Shown: positions 24,819 to 36,739 of the stretch, in pieces
Layout: each line of letters begins with the position of its first letter
Position numbering within the stretch: position 1 is the stretch's first letter
Assembly (NCBI RefSeq): GCF_001194135.2
Contig: NC_068981.1
Coordinates: 13,305,874-13,348,708 of the forward strand
From: Octopus bimaculoides
Lineage: Eukaryota
Direction of reading: 5' to 3'
DNA length: 42,835 nucleotides
Made by a program: the position numbers and the translations under genes
Notes under the pieces: generated by a model
What the model was told of the DNA's origin: nothing
The model's input: the letters and a program-made list of their open reading frames with translations, nothing else
The model's database searches: none

Positions 24819-26269
24819 GTATATACACGCACATATACAAAAAGGTACATATTCACATCCCTCCGCATCTATATATGCATACATACACGTAAATATGAAT
24901 GTGCATGTGTGTGCGTTATTTATATTGATTGCAGAAGCATGTATATTATAGTAAAGAGTGATAGACATCTATACCTGAAAGATTATATGGGACAGAAATG
25001 ATTGCATTTATTGAATAAAGACAGACAGATAGACAGACAGACAAACAGAAAAACAAACATATATATGCAGGGAACCAAGTCAGACTCTATGAATATATAT
25101 GTGTGTCTGATTGTGTGTGTGTCAGTGAGCATATGTATGTGTGTATACATATGTATATACATATGTATGTATGTGTATATATGTGCATACCCCTCCATAT
25201 ATATANNNNNNNNNNNNNNNNNNNNNNNNNNNNNNNNNNNNNNNNNNNNNNNNNNNNNNNNNNNNNNNNNNNNNNNNNNNNNNNNNNNNNNNNNNNNNNN
25301 NNNNNNNNNNNNNNNNNNNNNNNNNNNNNNNNNNNNNNNNNNNNNNNNNNNNNNNNNNNNNNNNNNNNNNNNNNNNNNNNNNNNNNNNNNNNNNNNNNNN
25401 NNNNNNNNNNNNNNNNNNNNNNNNNNNNNNNNNNNNNNNNNNNNNNNNNNNNNNNNNNNNNNNNNNNNNNNNNNNNNNNNNNNNNNNNNNNNNNNNNNNN
25501 NNNNNNNNNNNNNNNNNNNNNNNNNNNNNNNNNNNNNNNNNNNNNNNNNNNNNNNNNNNNNNNNNNNNNNNNNNNNNNNNNNNNNNNNNNNNNNNNNNNN
25601 NNNNNNNNNNNNNNNNNNNNNNNNNNNNNNNNNNNNNNNNNNNNNNNNNNNNNNNNNNNNNNNNNNNNNNNNNNNNNNNNNNNNNNNNNNNNNNNNNNNN
25701 NNNNNNNNNNNNNNNNNNNNNNNNNNNNNNNNNNNNNNNNNNNNNNNNNNNNNNNNNNNNNNNNNNNNNNNNNNNNNNNNNNNNNNNNNNNNNNNNNNNN
25801 NNNNNNNNNNNNNNNNNNNNNNNNNNNNNNNNNNNNNNNNNNNNCGACAAGCCGCAGACTGCTAGGTTTTTGTTTCTTGTTGTCTCAGTCGAAATAGTTT
25901 GAAAGCAGTTCAAATATTGATAATATGTCTTTATGTGTTATAAAAAGCGAACTATATATAGGGCGGGTCGCTGTTTGGTTTACTTGTATCTTTGAAAAAT
26001 ATTCAATATGGCACATCATTATAAATATTGCAACCTATTTTTTCTTTCTTCTGATCGATAAATTGTTGAATGCAGTGAAGGAAAACATACTTACATATTA
26101 GATTTTTCTCGATACGTTGTAAAAATGAAACCTTAACCCTCTTTGACAGAGAAGTAATGCATTCATATTCAGATAATTTAAATGAGTACTAGGAGTATTA
26201 TGTCCTAAAATAATTAACTATAATCCCATGGAAAATTCATAACTGGCAATATTTATGATGTTATTTAGT

Positions 26270-28798
26270 TTATGTGACTAAATATGATTTGTCAGGAAAA
26301 TGTTGTTTCATTGGAGTGATATTATCGGAACCCAGTAAATTGAAAAGGAGATTCAATGAGAGTTACTTACAGAGAACGTATAGTGAATGGAAAAGTATAA
26401 AAATCTTTTTGATACTACAGAGCGGAGGAATAGTAACGAGGGCAAGAGCAACTCGTGAGACGGAATGATTATCGAAGATTGAAATTGAAGCCAACAAGCA
26501 ATACGTTAATGACACTGAGGAAATTATATGGAACTGAAAGAAAAGGACTGTTGTTGTAATTAAAGAAAACTGCGCATTTTGACAAATAGGGGGAAATTAA
26601 CAAGGTATAATCAAAGAGTGAAGCTGTGTAGGCAAAATAGATTATTCCAAATTAATCAGAAGAAATCCCATCAAGAAAGAAAGTGGAGCTAACTCACAAG
26701 AAAATGCTATATCAGAAAAAGAAAGAAGTCATGTATTTTTGAGTGAAACTTGGAGAAAGGAAGAGTGGCATAATACTCATTTGGAGTGGCTACCCCAGCT
26801 GAAGAAATCACTTACTTATAGATATCAGGAAGAACGGATAACTACTGGTCGAATAGAACTTTGTTAGAAGGATGCTTGAAAAGAGGATAGAATAGATAGC
26901 ACTGTGTCTCTCGCTGATGTTGCAGCTACTCACTGGAATAATCGCTGGTGAAATAAATATATTTTTTGATGATAAGTGCAACCTCCATGATAAGTATAAA
27001 AGTTGTAAAGGGAATTTCAGAAAAGCTAAAACCAGTTATTCAAAGACAAATTTTTGTCGAAAGATTGTAAGAGAAGGTAGACAGATTCCATAATTGCTTG
27101 GATAGATTATCACAAAAATTTATGACGTACCGCTGCAGTCGTGAATCGTTGGAATCTTGAAAATGTTTGGATGGTAGAAAACGTCAAGATTATTTTGAGA
27201 ATTTGCATGATAAGTTGGAAAATTAAGCTATCATGATACAGACAGAAGCTAACCTAAAAGTGTCAAGAATCTATAGGGGAGGTTTCAAGGCTACTATTCG
27301 TTTTATGAATGATTACTCTAACACAGCCGCTGAGAAAAGTAACATCTGGATACGAATTTTAAGAGAAAAACAAAATTACAACTTTCTGTTTTATACGAAT
27401 GATCTCAAGTTGTATGGTATGCTGAAGGTAGCACTTTAGTTAACACGATTCTTCGATTTAGAGCAAAATGTAATTTGCCAAAAAATATGACGAATAATAC
27501 TCTTGATGAAATAGAAAGTGAACAATTTTGATAGAATAAATTACCATCACCATAAATCATGGGCTTATTGGAGGATAATGAAGTGATAGAAGAAGAATTT
27601 ACGAAAGATTACTGTACTGCAATCAAAACTCAACGAAAGAAATAGGCTTCAAGCAGCGTTTCAAGCAATCAATATATGGGCGATTGCAGCATTAAGGTAT
27701 GGTGTAGCTATTCTCAATCTGAGAAGAAAGGAGCTACAAACGCTGACCGATGATCAAGAAAACTGCTCAAAATGCCCGGTGCATTTCATCCCAAAAGCGA
27801 TATGGACAGGAGTTATCTAAACAGGCACAAACGTAGACATGGACTGTTCAGCTGTGAAAGTCGTATAAGCTTGAAGTGGTATATAAAGAGTGCCTTAGAA
27901 ACTTTACTGGAGAAGGCTAGAATATCTGGTATAGTCTGGACATATACTTGCGAAGAGACAGAGGAGAATAATGAAAAGAAATAAATTAAACGAAAGTCAA
28001 TAGATGAGAGAAACGATGTGGTAATCATTTGCGAGAGATGTGAGCAGAACTTCAGATATCAATGCGAGGTGGTGCTGGCAACAGAAGTGTAATTTGAAGC
28101 TAAAAATGGGTGCGCTCAACTCTGCTGTGCAGGAACATGCACTTAGGACAAATTGCACCCAAGGCGGGACTGACAATACAAAAGAATGTGACTAATGCAG
28201 GTTTTGTGAAGATAAAGGTAAGACAATACGGCATATTGTAAATGAGTGCAGGAAGCTGGTCTAACACAGATACAACAGAATATACAATGATGTTGCTCAA
28301 AATTGTTTACTGAGAGCTGTGCTGCAACTATGTTTTGAAATGAGCAAAATTGTCTTAATGAGTAATCGAGAACGACAATGCTAGATACTGGGGTACTTAA
28401 TGATGAAAAGCCTTCACGAAACTGAACATTGAAAGCCAGATATATATATTGTAAATAAAAAGAGGAAAACGTGTTTAATCAGAGATGAGGCATGACTTAA
28501 TGATGGAATGGTATCGGAGTGAGAATAAGAGGAACAGATAAAAGGATTTCAAGTGGGAAATAAAATGGCTGTGGGCATTGACGAAGGTCAACGTTATACC
28601 TGCTCTTATTGATAGAACTTTGAGTATTATAAGTACTAAGCACATGAACTTGATTGAAAAGATAGGAGTAAAGGAAAATAGCAAGCATATTCAGAAAGGA
28701 AATATTGCTTCGAGTTGCACAGAGTTGTTGAAATTTGAATGGGAAATCTGGTTGTGGACAGCAGACGCTTTGTTAAAATCTCTAGGGAAGTTGCTGAA
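26270..28798 (+). mobile_element. R4/Dong-clade non-LTR retrotransposon, near full length, heavily degenerate (RT + CCHC + restriction-like endonuclease)
   Basis: Motifs in order across frames: N-terminal SEP.K..RRF..YLQR.Y.EWK...RARA.R..E*LSKIEIE; RQNRLFQINQK; NFLFYTNDLKLYG (decayed MDD); SKLNERN...AINIWAIAALRYG; MPGAFHPKSDMDRSYL; CRFC...HIVNEC; KPDIYIVNKKRKTCLI; WLWALTKVNVIP. Ends in (TAA)n. 5' boundary uncertain. Confidence 0.88.
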
Positions 28799-28806
28799 AT
28801 AATAAT

Positions 28807-28882
<76 letters not shown>
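28799..28882. repeat. (TAA)n microsatellite
   Basis: Direct reading; follows the Dong-like 3' end. Confidence 0.95.
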
Positions 28883-29652
28883 TTTTNNNNNNNNNNNNNN
28901 NNNNNNNNNNNNNNNNNNNNNNNNNNNNNNNNNNNNNNNNNNNNNNNNNNNNNNNNNNNNNNNNNNNNNNNNNNNNNNNNNNNNNNNNNNNNNNNNNNNN
29001 NNNNNNNNNNNNNNNNNNNNNNNNNNNNNNNNNNNNNNNNNNNNNNNNNNNNNNNNNNNNNNNNNNNNNNNNNNNNNNNNNNNNNNNNNNNNNNNNNNNN
29101 NNNNNNNNNNNNNNNNNNNNNNNNNNNNNNNNNNNNNNNNNNNNNNNNNNNNNNNNNNNNNNNNNNNNNNNNNNNNNNNNNNNNNNNNNNNNNNNNNNNN
29201 NNNNNNNNNNNNNNNNNNNNNNNNNNNNNNNNNNNNNNNNNNNNNNNNNNNNNNNNNNNNNNNNNNNNNNNNNNNNNNNNNNNNNNNNNNNNNNNNNNNN
29301 NNNNNNNNNNNNNNNNNNNNNNNNNNNNNNNNNNNNNNNNNNNNNNNNNNNNNNNNNNNNNNNNNNNNNNNNNNNNNNNNNNNNNNNNNNNNNNNNNNNN
29401 NNNNNNNNNNNNNNNNNNNNNNNNNNNNNNNNNNNNNNNNNNNNNNNNNNNNNNNNNNNNNNNNNNNNNNNNNNNNNNNNNNNNNNNNNNNNNNNNNNNN
29501 NNNNNNNNNNNNNNNNNNNNNNNNNNNNNNNNNNNNNNNNNNNNNNNNNNNNNNNNNNNNNNNNNNNNNNNNNNNNNNNNNAGACGTTCTGTCGAAATAT
29601 AGTTCAAAAAATAAAACATCTAAAATCGCACTCTTCGTCTTGACTAATAACA

Positions 29653-29653
<1 letters not shown>

Positions 29654-29723
<70 letters not shown>
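29654..29723. repeat. (TAA)n microsatellite
   Basis: Direct reading. Confidence 0.95.
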
Positions 29724-29724
<1 letters not shown>

Positions 29725-29847
29725 GCAATAGAAGCTCTAGGAATGCATACAATGAGCTTTTCTGCCCTAGGTGTACTGAAAACGCTCGGCGAGAAATGGA
29801 AGAAAATTTGAAGAAGGAAGAAAAAAAAAACAACATAATAATAATAA

Positions 29848-30268
29848 TGAATCAGTGCGACCATGAGATAGAGAATAGGAAGCCGAACATAGTCTTAATT
29901 GAGAAAGAAAACAAACTATGCTGGATCATAGATGTAGCATGCCCAGCTGACAGCAAGGTATGCGATAAAGAAGAAAGAAAATTTGAGAGATATGGCAGGT
30001 TAGCTTGGGAATTTAAGCAGTTGTGGTCTATGAAAAAGGTAGCAGTACCAACAATTGTCGGAGCCCTGGGAACAGTGAGCAAAAAAGTACGTGGAACAAA
30101 TACGGGCTGCAATTAAGGGTGGAAAACTTGTAGAAAACAGACAGCACTGTATGGAACTGCTCGAATACTCCGGAAGGTGCTCGAAAAATTAGAAGTATTT
30201 CCTTAGTTCAGTGGTAGTGAACAGCTAACACCGTAATACATCTCCAGCGATAGAAGCTGCGCAAAGGC
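29848..30268 (+). mobile_element. 5'-truncated R4/Dong-clade LINE (REL domain + 3' UTR)
   Basis: QCDHEIENRKPNIVLIEKENKLCWIIDVACPADSKVCDKEERKFERYGRLAWEFKQLWSMKKV..TIVGALGTVSK, then GTARILRKVLE after a frameshift. Flanked by TAA repeats on both sides. Confidence 0.9.
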
Positions 30269-30320
<52 letters not shown>

Positions 30321-30334
30321 GTGATGATAAAATT

Positions 30335-30611
30335 TCCGCAGGCTGTGTGCAGGCAATGAACAAGTGGACGTTATACCAGTAGTAATCTGTGCGTTTGGAA
30401 GCATCAGCACTCAACTACCAACTTTGCTCAAAAAGAAAGATGCGCATGTAAAGATATAACACCTACAAAAATAATCATTGCTTGAAACTGCAAGAGTTCA
30501 ACGCAGTTTTCTTGAAGCACGATCAGTAAACAAGTATCACCTTAGTCTGATGGCTGCAGACAGCTTAGACTTCACATCAGCCCGGCAAAATAAGCTGTGA
30601 GTTCTGATCAA
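30335..30611 (+). mobile_element. Second 5'-truncated R4/Dong-clade LINE 3' fragment
   Basis: RRLCAGNEQVDVIPVVICAFGSISTQLPTLLKK...HLQK*SLLETARVQRSFLEA, then a 3' UTR different from the preceding copy and a (TAA)/(TGA)n tail. Confidence 0.82.
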
Positions 30612-30648
30612 ATAATAATGATGATGATGATGATGATGATATTAATCA

Positions 30649-30863
30649 TTTCTGCTAGAGGCACAAGGATTGATATTGGGGATGGGGAGAGGGAGATATT
30701 GGATAACCTCGATCTCAGCCTTAAACGGATATTTATTTCATCGATTCCAAAAAGCGAAAAGGCAAAGTTGATCTGAAAGGAAATTAAAGTCAGAATATAA
30801 AGACGGTCGGAATGCCGCTAAGTATTTTGTCCGGTGAGCTAACGATTCTGGTGATTCGCCGCC
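30649..30863 (-). mobile_element. SINE family 2 copy (degenerate)
   Basis: Plus strand AAAAGGCAAAGTTGA...CCGCTAAG.ATTT.GTCCGG...GCTAACGATTCTG...TCGCCGCC; 5' end abuts (TAA)n 30866-30934. Confidence 0.75.
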
Positions 30864-30865
30864 TA

Positions 30866-30935
<70 letters not shown>

Positions 30936-31791
30936 CATCCCCTTTAAAATTATTGCTGCAAGCATGAAATAAATATATTATGATATAATGATCAATACAC
31001 ATGTTAAGCTAATCTCATCTAAGGTTTCCATAGCGATTTACACATATATAGTCTTTTCTAAAGTATTAATGATTTATCATTTGCATTCATACTAACGGTA
31101 CTCTGTGAAAGTATATTCAAACTTTGTGATGCCGAAGTTTCAAACCTCAAATAATAATCTATACCAATAAACCGATATGTCTATAGCTGAAAAACAGCAT
31201 CGTTCCAGTTGTGAGGAAAATATTCTTCAAAGAAAATTCTTATTAATTAGATTGATTTATTCCTAGTCCAACAGTGAGAGAATGCCTAGAGATTTTCTTC
31301 TCTAGAATGGTCTTATATTCTTCATTCTTTCCAAACTGAGCACAAACCTTTTATTCAAAAAGCATTATGCATCCTACACTCATCACAGAATTCTGCCCGT
31401 CAATCTGCCTGTCTATCCCTTCTCTCTCTTTCTCTTTCACTCTCTCTCTCTCTCCCTCTCTTTTCCTTTTTGTATATAAATACATATACGTCTGTATGTA
31501 TATATATATATATATGTATATANNNNNNNNNNNNNNNNNNNNNNNNNNNNNNNNNNNNNNNNNNNNNNNNNNNNNNNNNNNNNNNNNNNNNNNNNNNNNN
31601 NNNNNNNNNNNNNNNNNNNNNNNNNNNNNNNNNNNNNNNNNNNNNNNNNNNNNNNNNNNNNNNNNNNNNNNNNNNNNNNNNNNNNNNNNNNNNNNNNNNN
31701 NNNNNNNNNNNNNNNNNNNNNNNNNNNNNNNNNNNNNNNNNNNNNNNNNNNNNNNNNNNNNNNNNNNNNNNNNNNNNNNNNNNNNNNNNNN

Positions 31792-31829
<38 letters not shown>

Positions 31830-32499
31830 GCAAATACCCTTCAGTTAGGAAATCAATCAATGCTGCGACATTATTTTGAAAAGTGAGGATTTTTTTTTCG
31901 ATAAATTTTAGCAGAACAGCAACTAAAATGTGCAACATATAATTTTGGGGATGAAGTGTAGGTTGTTATGTGCTTTGGCAAAATATTTTATCGACGAGAT
32001 TATGATTATAGTGTTCAGTGTTATCCAAATGGATCGTCCCATAAACATTTATACTGACAACAACTCAAAGCATATTTGCTTGTCAGTTTTATGATAAACA
32101 AAGTTGCTCGCATTCAGAAGCAAAACCATAAAGAAAAACATTGCGAAGATGTAGATATAAGGCTTAGTGTATCAATATGGTTGTTACTAGAGCAAATCGA
32201 ATTTGTATATTTCTTTATATTTATGTATCTATTAGTTATTTCTCCGTTTATCGTAGGCACATACGTTATTGTTGATGGGATTTTAATATTTCATGCATGG
32301 CGCGCATACAGATGAAGCAAAAAACGTCTTTGTGCAACAATGTGGTACCCGGTTGGGTTTCATCGTGTCGTAGCTTAATATGCATGCGATACACCATTAC
32401 ACATGCCTACATGTATGTATATATAATATAATATAATGTAATATAATATAATATAATATAATATAGTATAATATAATACAAACACCCAGGCATACAGAG

Positions 32500-32538
<39 letters not shown>

Positions 32539-33019
32539 NNNNNNNNNNNNNNNNNNNNNNNNNNNNNNNNNNNNNNNNNNNNNNNNNNNNNNNNNNNNNN
32601 NNNNNNNNNNNNNNNNNNNNNNNNNNNNNNNNNNNNNNNNNNNNNNNNNNNNNNNNNNNNNNNNNNNNNNNNNNNNNNNNNNNNNNNNNNNNNNNNNNNN
32701 NNNNNNNNNNNNNNNNNNNNNNNNNNNNNNNNNNNNNNNNNNNNNNNNNNNNNNNNNNNNNNNNNNNNNNNNNNNNNNNNNNNNNNNNNNNNNNNNNNNN
32801 NNNNNNNNNNNNNNNNNNNNNNNNNNNNNNNNNNNNNNNNNNNNNNNNNNNNNNNNNNNNNNNNNNNNNNNNNNNNNNNNNNNNNNNNNNNNNNNNNNNN
32901 NNNNNNNNNNNNNNNNNNNNNNNNNNNNNNNNNNNNNNNNNNNNNNNNNNNNNNNNNNNNNNNNNNNNNNNNNNNNNNNNNNNNNNNNNNNNNNNTATAT
33001 ATATATATATATATATATG

Positions 33020-33190
33020 GGAGAATGTACGAAAAAAACAACAACAGACGAGGAGAGGTGGTGTAAACAACAAAAGGATGTATTAGTATGACGCTCGAGA
33101 ATACGGAAAGTCTTTGACGTTTCGAGCTACGCTCTTCAACAGAAAGAATACGGAGACAAGGAGACAAACACGGAGAAAATAAATTGAATA
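33020..33190 (-). mobile_element. Short repeat with hammerhead-like motif (copy C)
   Basis: Plus strand GTATTAGTATGACGCTCGAGAA...TCTTTGACGTTTCGAGCTACGCTCTTCAACAGAAAGA; abuts (TA)n at 32996-33018. Confidence 0.7.
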
Positions 33191-33328
33191 GTGTTCAGTC
33201 AACGGTCAATCATAGTAATGGCTAATCATAGTAATGGCTGACCGGAAGTTAGAGATTTTTTTCGCAGGAGAGCTAAATATATGTTCCTTAACAGACTATA
33301 TGACTTGCTATAATTTGAGATTTCAGCA

Positions 33329-33624
33329 CCTTAACAGAAGATGAAAAGAACTCAACTAAATTGATGAGTTGGCATTAACCTATAATATGATATCAATGAC
33401 CTGACATAACTAATGCGGAATAGAGATTCCTGATGTGGTGTCATGAATCACATCTTGTCTGCCACTGTTTGAATATACATCTTTCGAGCAGTCGTAGACA
33501 AGAAAACATTCATGACACCACGTCAGGAATCTCTACTTCATATTAGTTATGTCAGGTCATTAATATCGTATTATGGGTTACTGCCAACTCATCAGTTCAG
33601 CTGAGTTCTTTAGATCTGTTAGGG
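33329..33624. mobile_element. Foldback/MITE-like element (about 130-bp arms)
   Basis: Left arm 33329-33460 and right arm 33496-33624 are reverse complements (TGATGAGTTGGCA, AATGACCTGACATAACTAAT, TAGAGATTCCTGA.GTGGTGTCATGAAT). 35-bp spacer; no clean TSD. Confidence 0.88.
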
Positions 33625-34080
33625 TTCGGGAAAAACAAAAAAGTCATATAGGCTGTTAAGGTAATATTAAAGACTACCAGAATTTTTTTGAGTAATATCA
33701 AAGCCTACCAGAATTTTGAGCAATAGTAGTACACACACACATAATCAAAATACAGACACGCAAACACATAGGTCGTCATATCAACATAAAACTGCATATT
33801 TTCCAAATGTAAACGTGATCTGTGAAAGCAGGAATATACGACATATTGCATCAAATGATGGAATTCCTAAGCAACGTGGGAAACTCATTATCGAAACGCA
33901 TGCCAGTACACCGGCAACAAATTAGGGAGACTAGTGACTGCCATTAAGCATTCATTTAGAAATATTTTGTAATATGATATTTTCAAGACATCGATTTTAC
34001 AAATGTTACGATTAAATTGAAATTAGAATCGTAAAAGAAATGAAAGTTTAAGGAGTTTGAACCTAATCTAAAAAAATAAA

Positions 34081-34111
<31 letters not shown>

Positions 34112-35001
34112 TAATAATAATANNNNNNNNNNNNNNNNNNNNNNNNNNNNNNNNNNNNNNNNNNNNNNNNNNNNNNNNNNNNNNNNNNNNNNNNNNNNNN
34201 NNNNNNNNNNNNNNNNNNNNNNNNNNNNNNNNNNNNNNNNNNNNNNNNNNNNNNNNNNNNNNNNNNNNNNNNNNNNNNNNNNNNNNNNNNNNNNNNNNNN
34301 NNNNNNNNNNNNNNNNNNNNNNNNNNNNNNNNNNNNNNNNNNNNNNNNNNNNNNNNNNNNNNNNNNNNNNNNNNNNNNNNNNNNNNNNNNNNNNNNNNNN
34401 NNNNNNNNNNNNNNNNNNNNNNNNNNNNNNNNNNNNNNNNNNNNNNNNNNNNNNNNNNNNNNNNNNNNNNNNNNNNNNNNNNNNNNNNNNNNNNNNNNNN
34501 NNNNNNNNNNNNNNNNNNNNNNNNNNNNNNNNNNNNNNNNNNNNNNNNNNNNNNNNNNNNNNNNNNNNNNNNNNNNNNNNNNNNNNNNNNNNNNNNNNNN
34601 NNNNNNNNNNNNNNNNNNNNNNNNNNNNNNNNNNNNNNNNNNNNNNNNNNNNNNNNNNNNNNNNNNNNNNNNNNNNNNNNNNNNNNNNNNNNNNNNNNNN
34701 NNNNNNNNNNNNNNNNNNNNNNNNNNNNNNNNNNNNNNNNNNNNNNNNNNNNNNNNNNNNNNNNNNNNNNNNNNNNNNNNNNNNNNNNNNNNNNNNNNNN
34801 NNNNNNNNNNNNNNNNNNNNNNNNNNNNNNNNNNNNNNNNNNNNNNNNNNNNNNNNNNNNNNNNNNNNNNNNNNNNNNNNNNNNNNNNNNNNNNNNNNNN
34901 NNNNNNNNNNNNNNNNNNNNNNNNNNNNNNNNNNNNNNNNNNNNNNNNNNNNNNNNNNNNNNNNNNNNNNNNNNNNNNNNNNNNNNNNNNNNNNNNNNNN
35001 N

Positions 35002-35088
35002 AGCACCACAGCAAACCACAGCACATACCCAAGGCGCACAGAGCTGCGCTCGGTAGTGAAGTGAAAGCACGTTATAAAAATAAAACTA

Positions 35089-35091
<3 letters not shown>
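35002..35091 (+). mobile_element. Probable 3' UTR of a TAA-associated retroelement whose body lies in the gap
   Basis: GC-richer 90-bp segment between an 879-N gap and (TAA)n 35092-35195; the gap is preceded by (TAA)n. No coding evidence. Confidence 0.35.
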
Positions 35092-35166
<75 letters not shown>

Positions 35167-35302
35167 ATTAATAATAATAATAATAATAATAATAACCCTT
35201 ACAGTTATAGGCTCAAGAGCTGAAATTTTGGTTGTGTTTGAACCCAGATGCATTTTGCCCGTCGTCCTATCGATGCTACCAGTTTCCGTCTTATAAGGTA
35301 TA

Positions 35303-35486
35303 TTAATTTCAAATTTTGGGACAAGGCCACTAAAATCGGGGAAGGGGATAAATCGGTTAGATCTGGCCCAGTGGTGAGCTGGTACTTATTTTATCGACTC
35401 CGAAAGGATGAAATGCAATGTCGACCTCGGTGGAATTAGATGACAGAAGTTTCCTGGCGTGCTAACAATTGTGCTTGCTCGCCGCC
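35303..35486 (-). mobile_element. SINE family 2 copy (internally deleted)
   Basis: CTGGTACTTATTTTATCGAC.CCGAAAGGATGAAA.GCAA.GTCGACCTCGG.GGAATT...GGCGTGCTAAC...CTCGCCGCC. Confidence 0.8.
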
Positions 35487-35619
35487 TTAAACTATAACAT
35501 TGATACTAATTCGAATGAGAAGTTAATTTAATTTAAAAGTATTTAACGTGTGACTACTGTTTGTTGTATCATGTGCATGTTAGCATCTGACATACATATA
35601 TCCATCGCTACCTATTTAT

Positions 35620-35738
<119 letters not shown>

Positions 35739-36739
35739 CATACATACACATTCAGCGATATTTAACACTCGGCATCGTGTAGGGATCTTTCTCAAGACGC
35801 ATTCCCGAAGCAAATTGTTGTATAATCAAAATCACTATGTGTGCCGGACCGATAATGTCTACATTATTTGATCTGCTTTCAATTTGATACGTACATAAAT
35901 TTGTGTGCGCGCGCGCTTGTGCGCGTGTGCGTGTGTGTGTGTAGTCGGCGATCTAGAAGTATATATATGCACGAGGAAATACGTTTCTCGAGCGACCTTA
36001 ATTGAAATTAATTCCGGACATAGTTGCATACACACGCTCATAATATTTTACCATTTGAAATGCAGTGAAATACTGACTTTCCCATTTGTCATGTGTAACG
36101 ATCAGCCTTAGTTTTCACCAATAGTGATATATAATATACATAACATAAAACTTCTGTGACAAGTGCTCATCCAGATAACTAAGAGTAGACGACACTCCAA
36201 CATGTTATAGATCACTTTTGCAGCGTTATATTGTCGTATATTATTAAAGCCTACAATTCATTCTCGTATGATTCAATTATGTTCGGAAATTTCTACCTGA
36301 AAATGAGAAAAGTGGTATTCAATCCAGAAGTATAGATTGATATGTCGACCAAAATTTGGAGAGATTAAATGATCTGGGAATTATTTCACGCATATATGAT
36401 ATAAATAAATCAAACGGAAAAGACTTGACTGCTCATAAATTGAGGTATTCAACATTGGCAGAATTGAAATTGGACAGGAGAATTGAAATTGCGAAGATCT
36501 TTCTTTTATGTATGTCATTAACCACACAATAGTAAGAACATACGGGGTTTGCATAAGTAAAATGTTACCCAACGTAGGTATTGAATTACGAATAATGTGT
36601 ATTGAATGAAATGGAATGAAGTGGATGTATGCTGCTTGATGTGTAACGCTGCTATATAATGAGAGCTGATTACAATTGAATTAAAGTGACAGAGCTAGTG
36701 TGAATCTCTAATTCAAATGCATGACAAGCTGGTTAAATT

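Noticed and set aside
24200-30950. Regularly alternating repeat/unique pattern as a CRISPR-like array
   Set aside because: The repeats are simple TAA arrays of variable length and the 'spacers' are LINE fragments; eukaryotic context and no cas genes.
33585-33600. CTGATGA on the minus strand (similar cores at 9836, 16775, 19371, 20887, 23080, 42653) as further hammerheads
   Set aside because: None is followed by a stem II plus GAAA and flanking stem I.
7062-35070. Long ORFs of 130-350 aa in the supplied track filled with X
   Set aside because: They are artefacts of translating N gaps; they carry no coding evidence.
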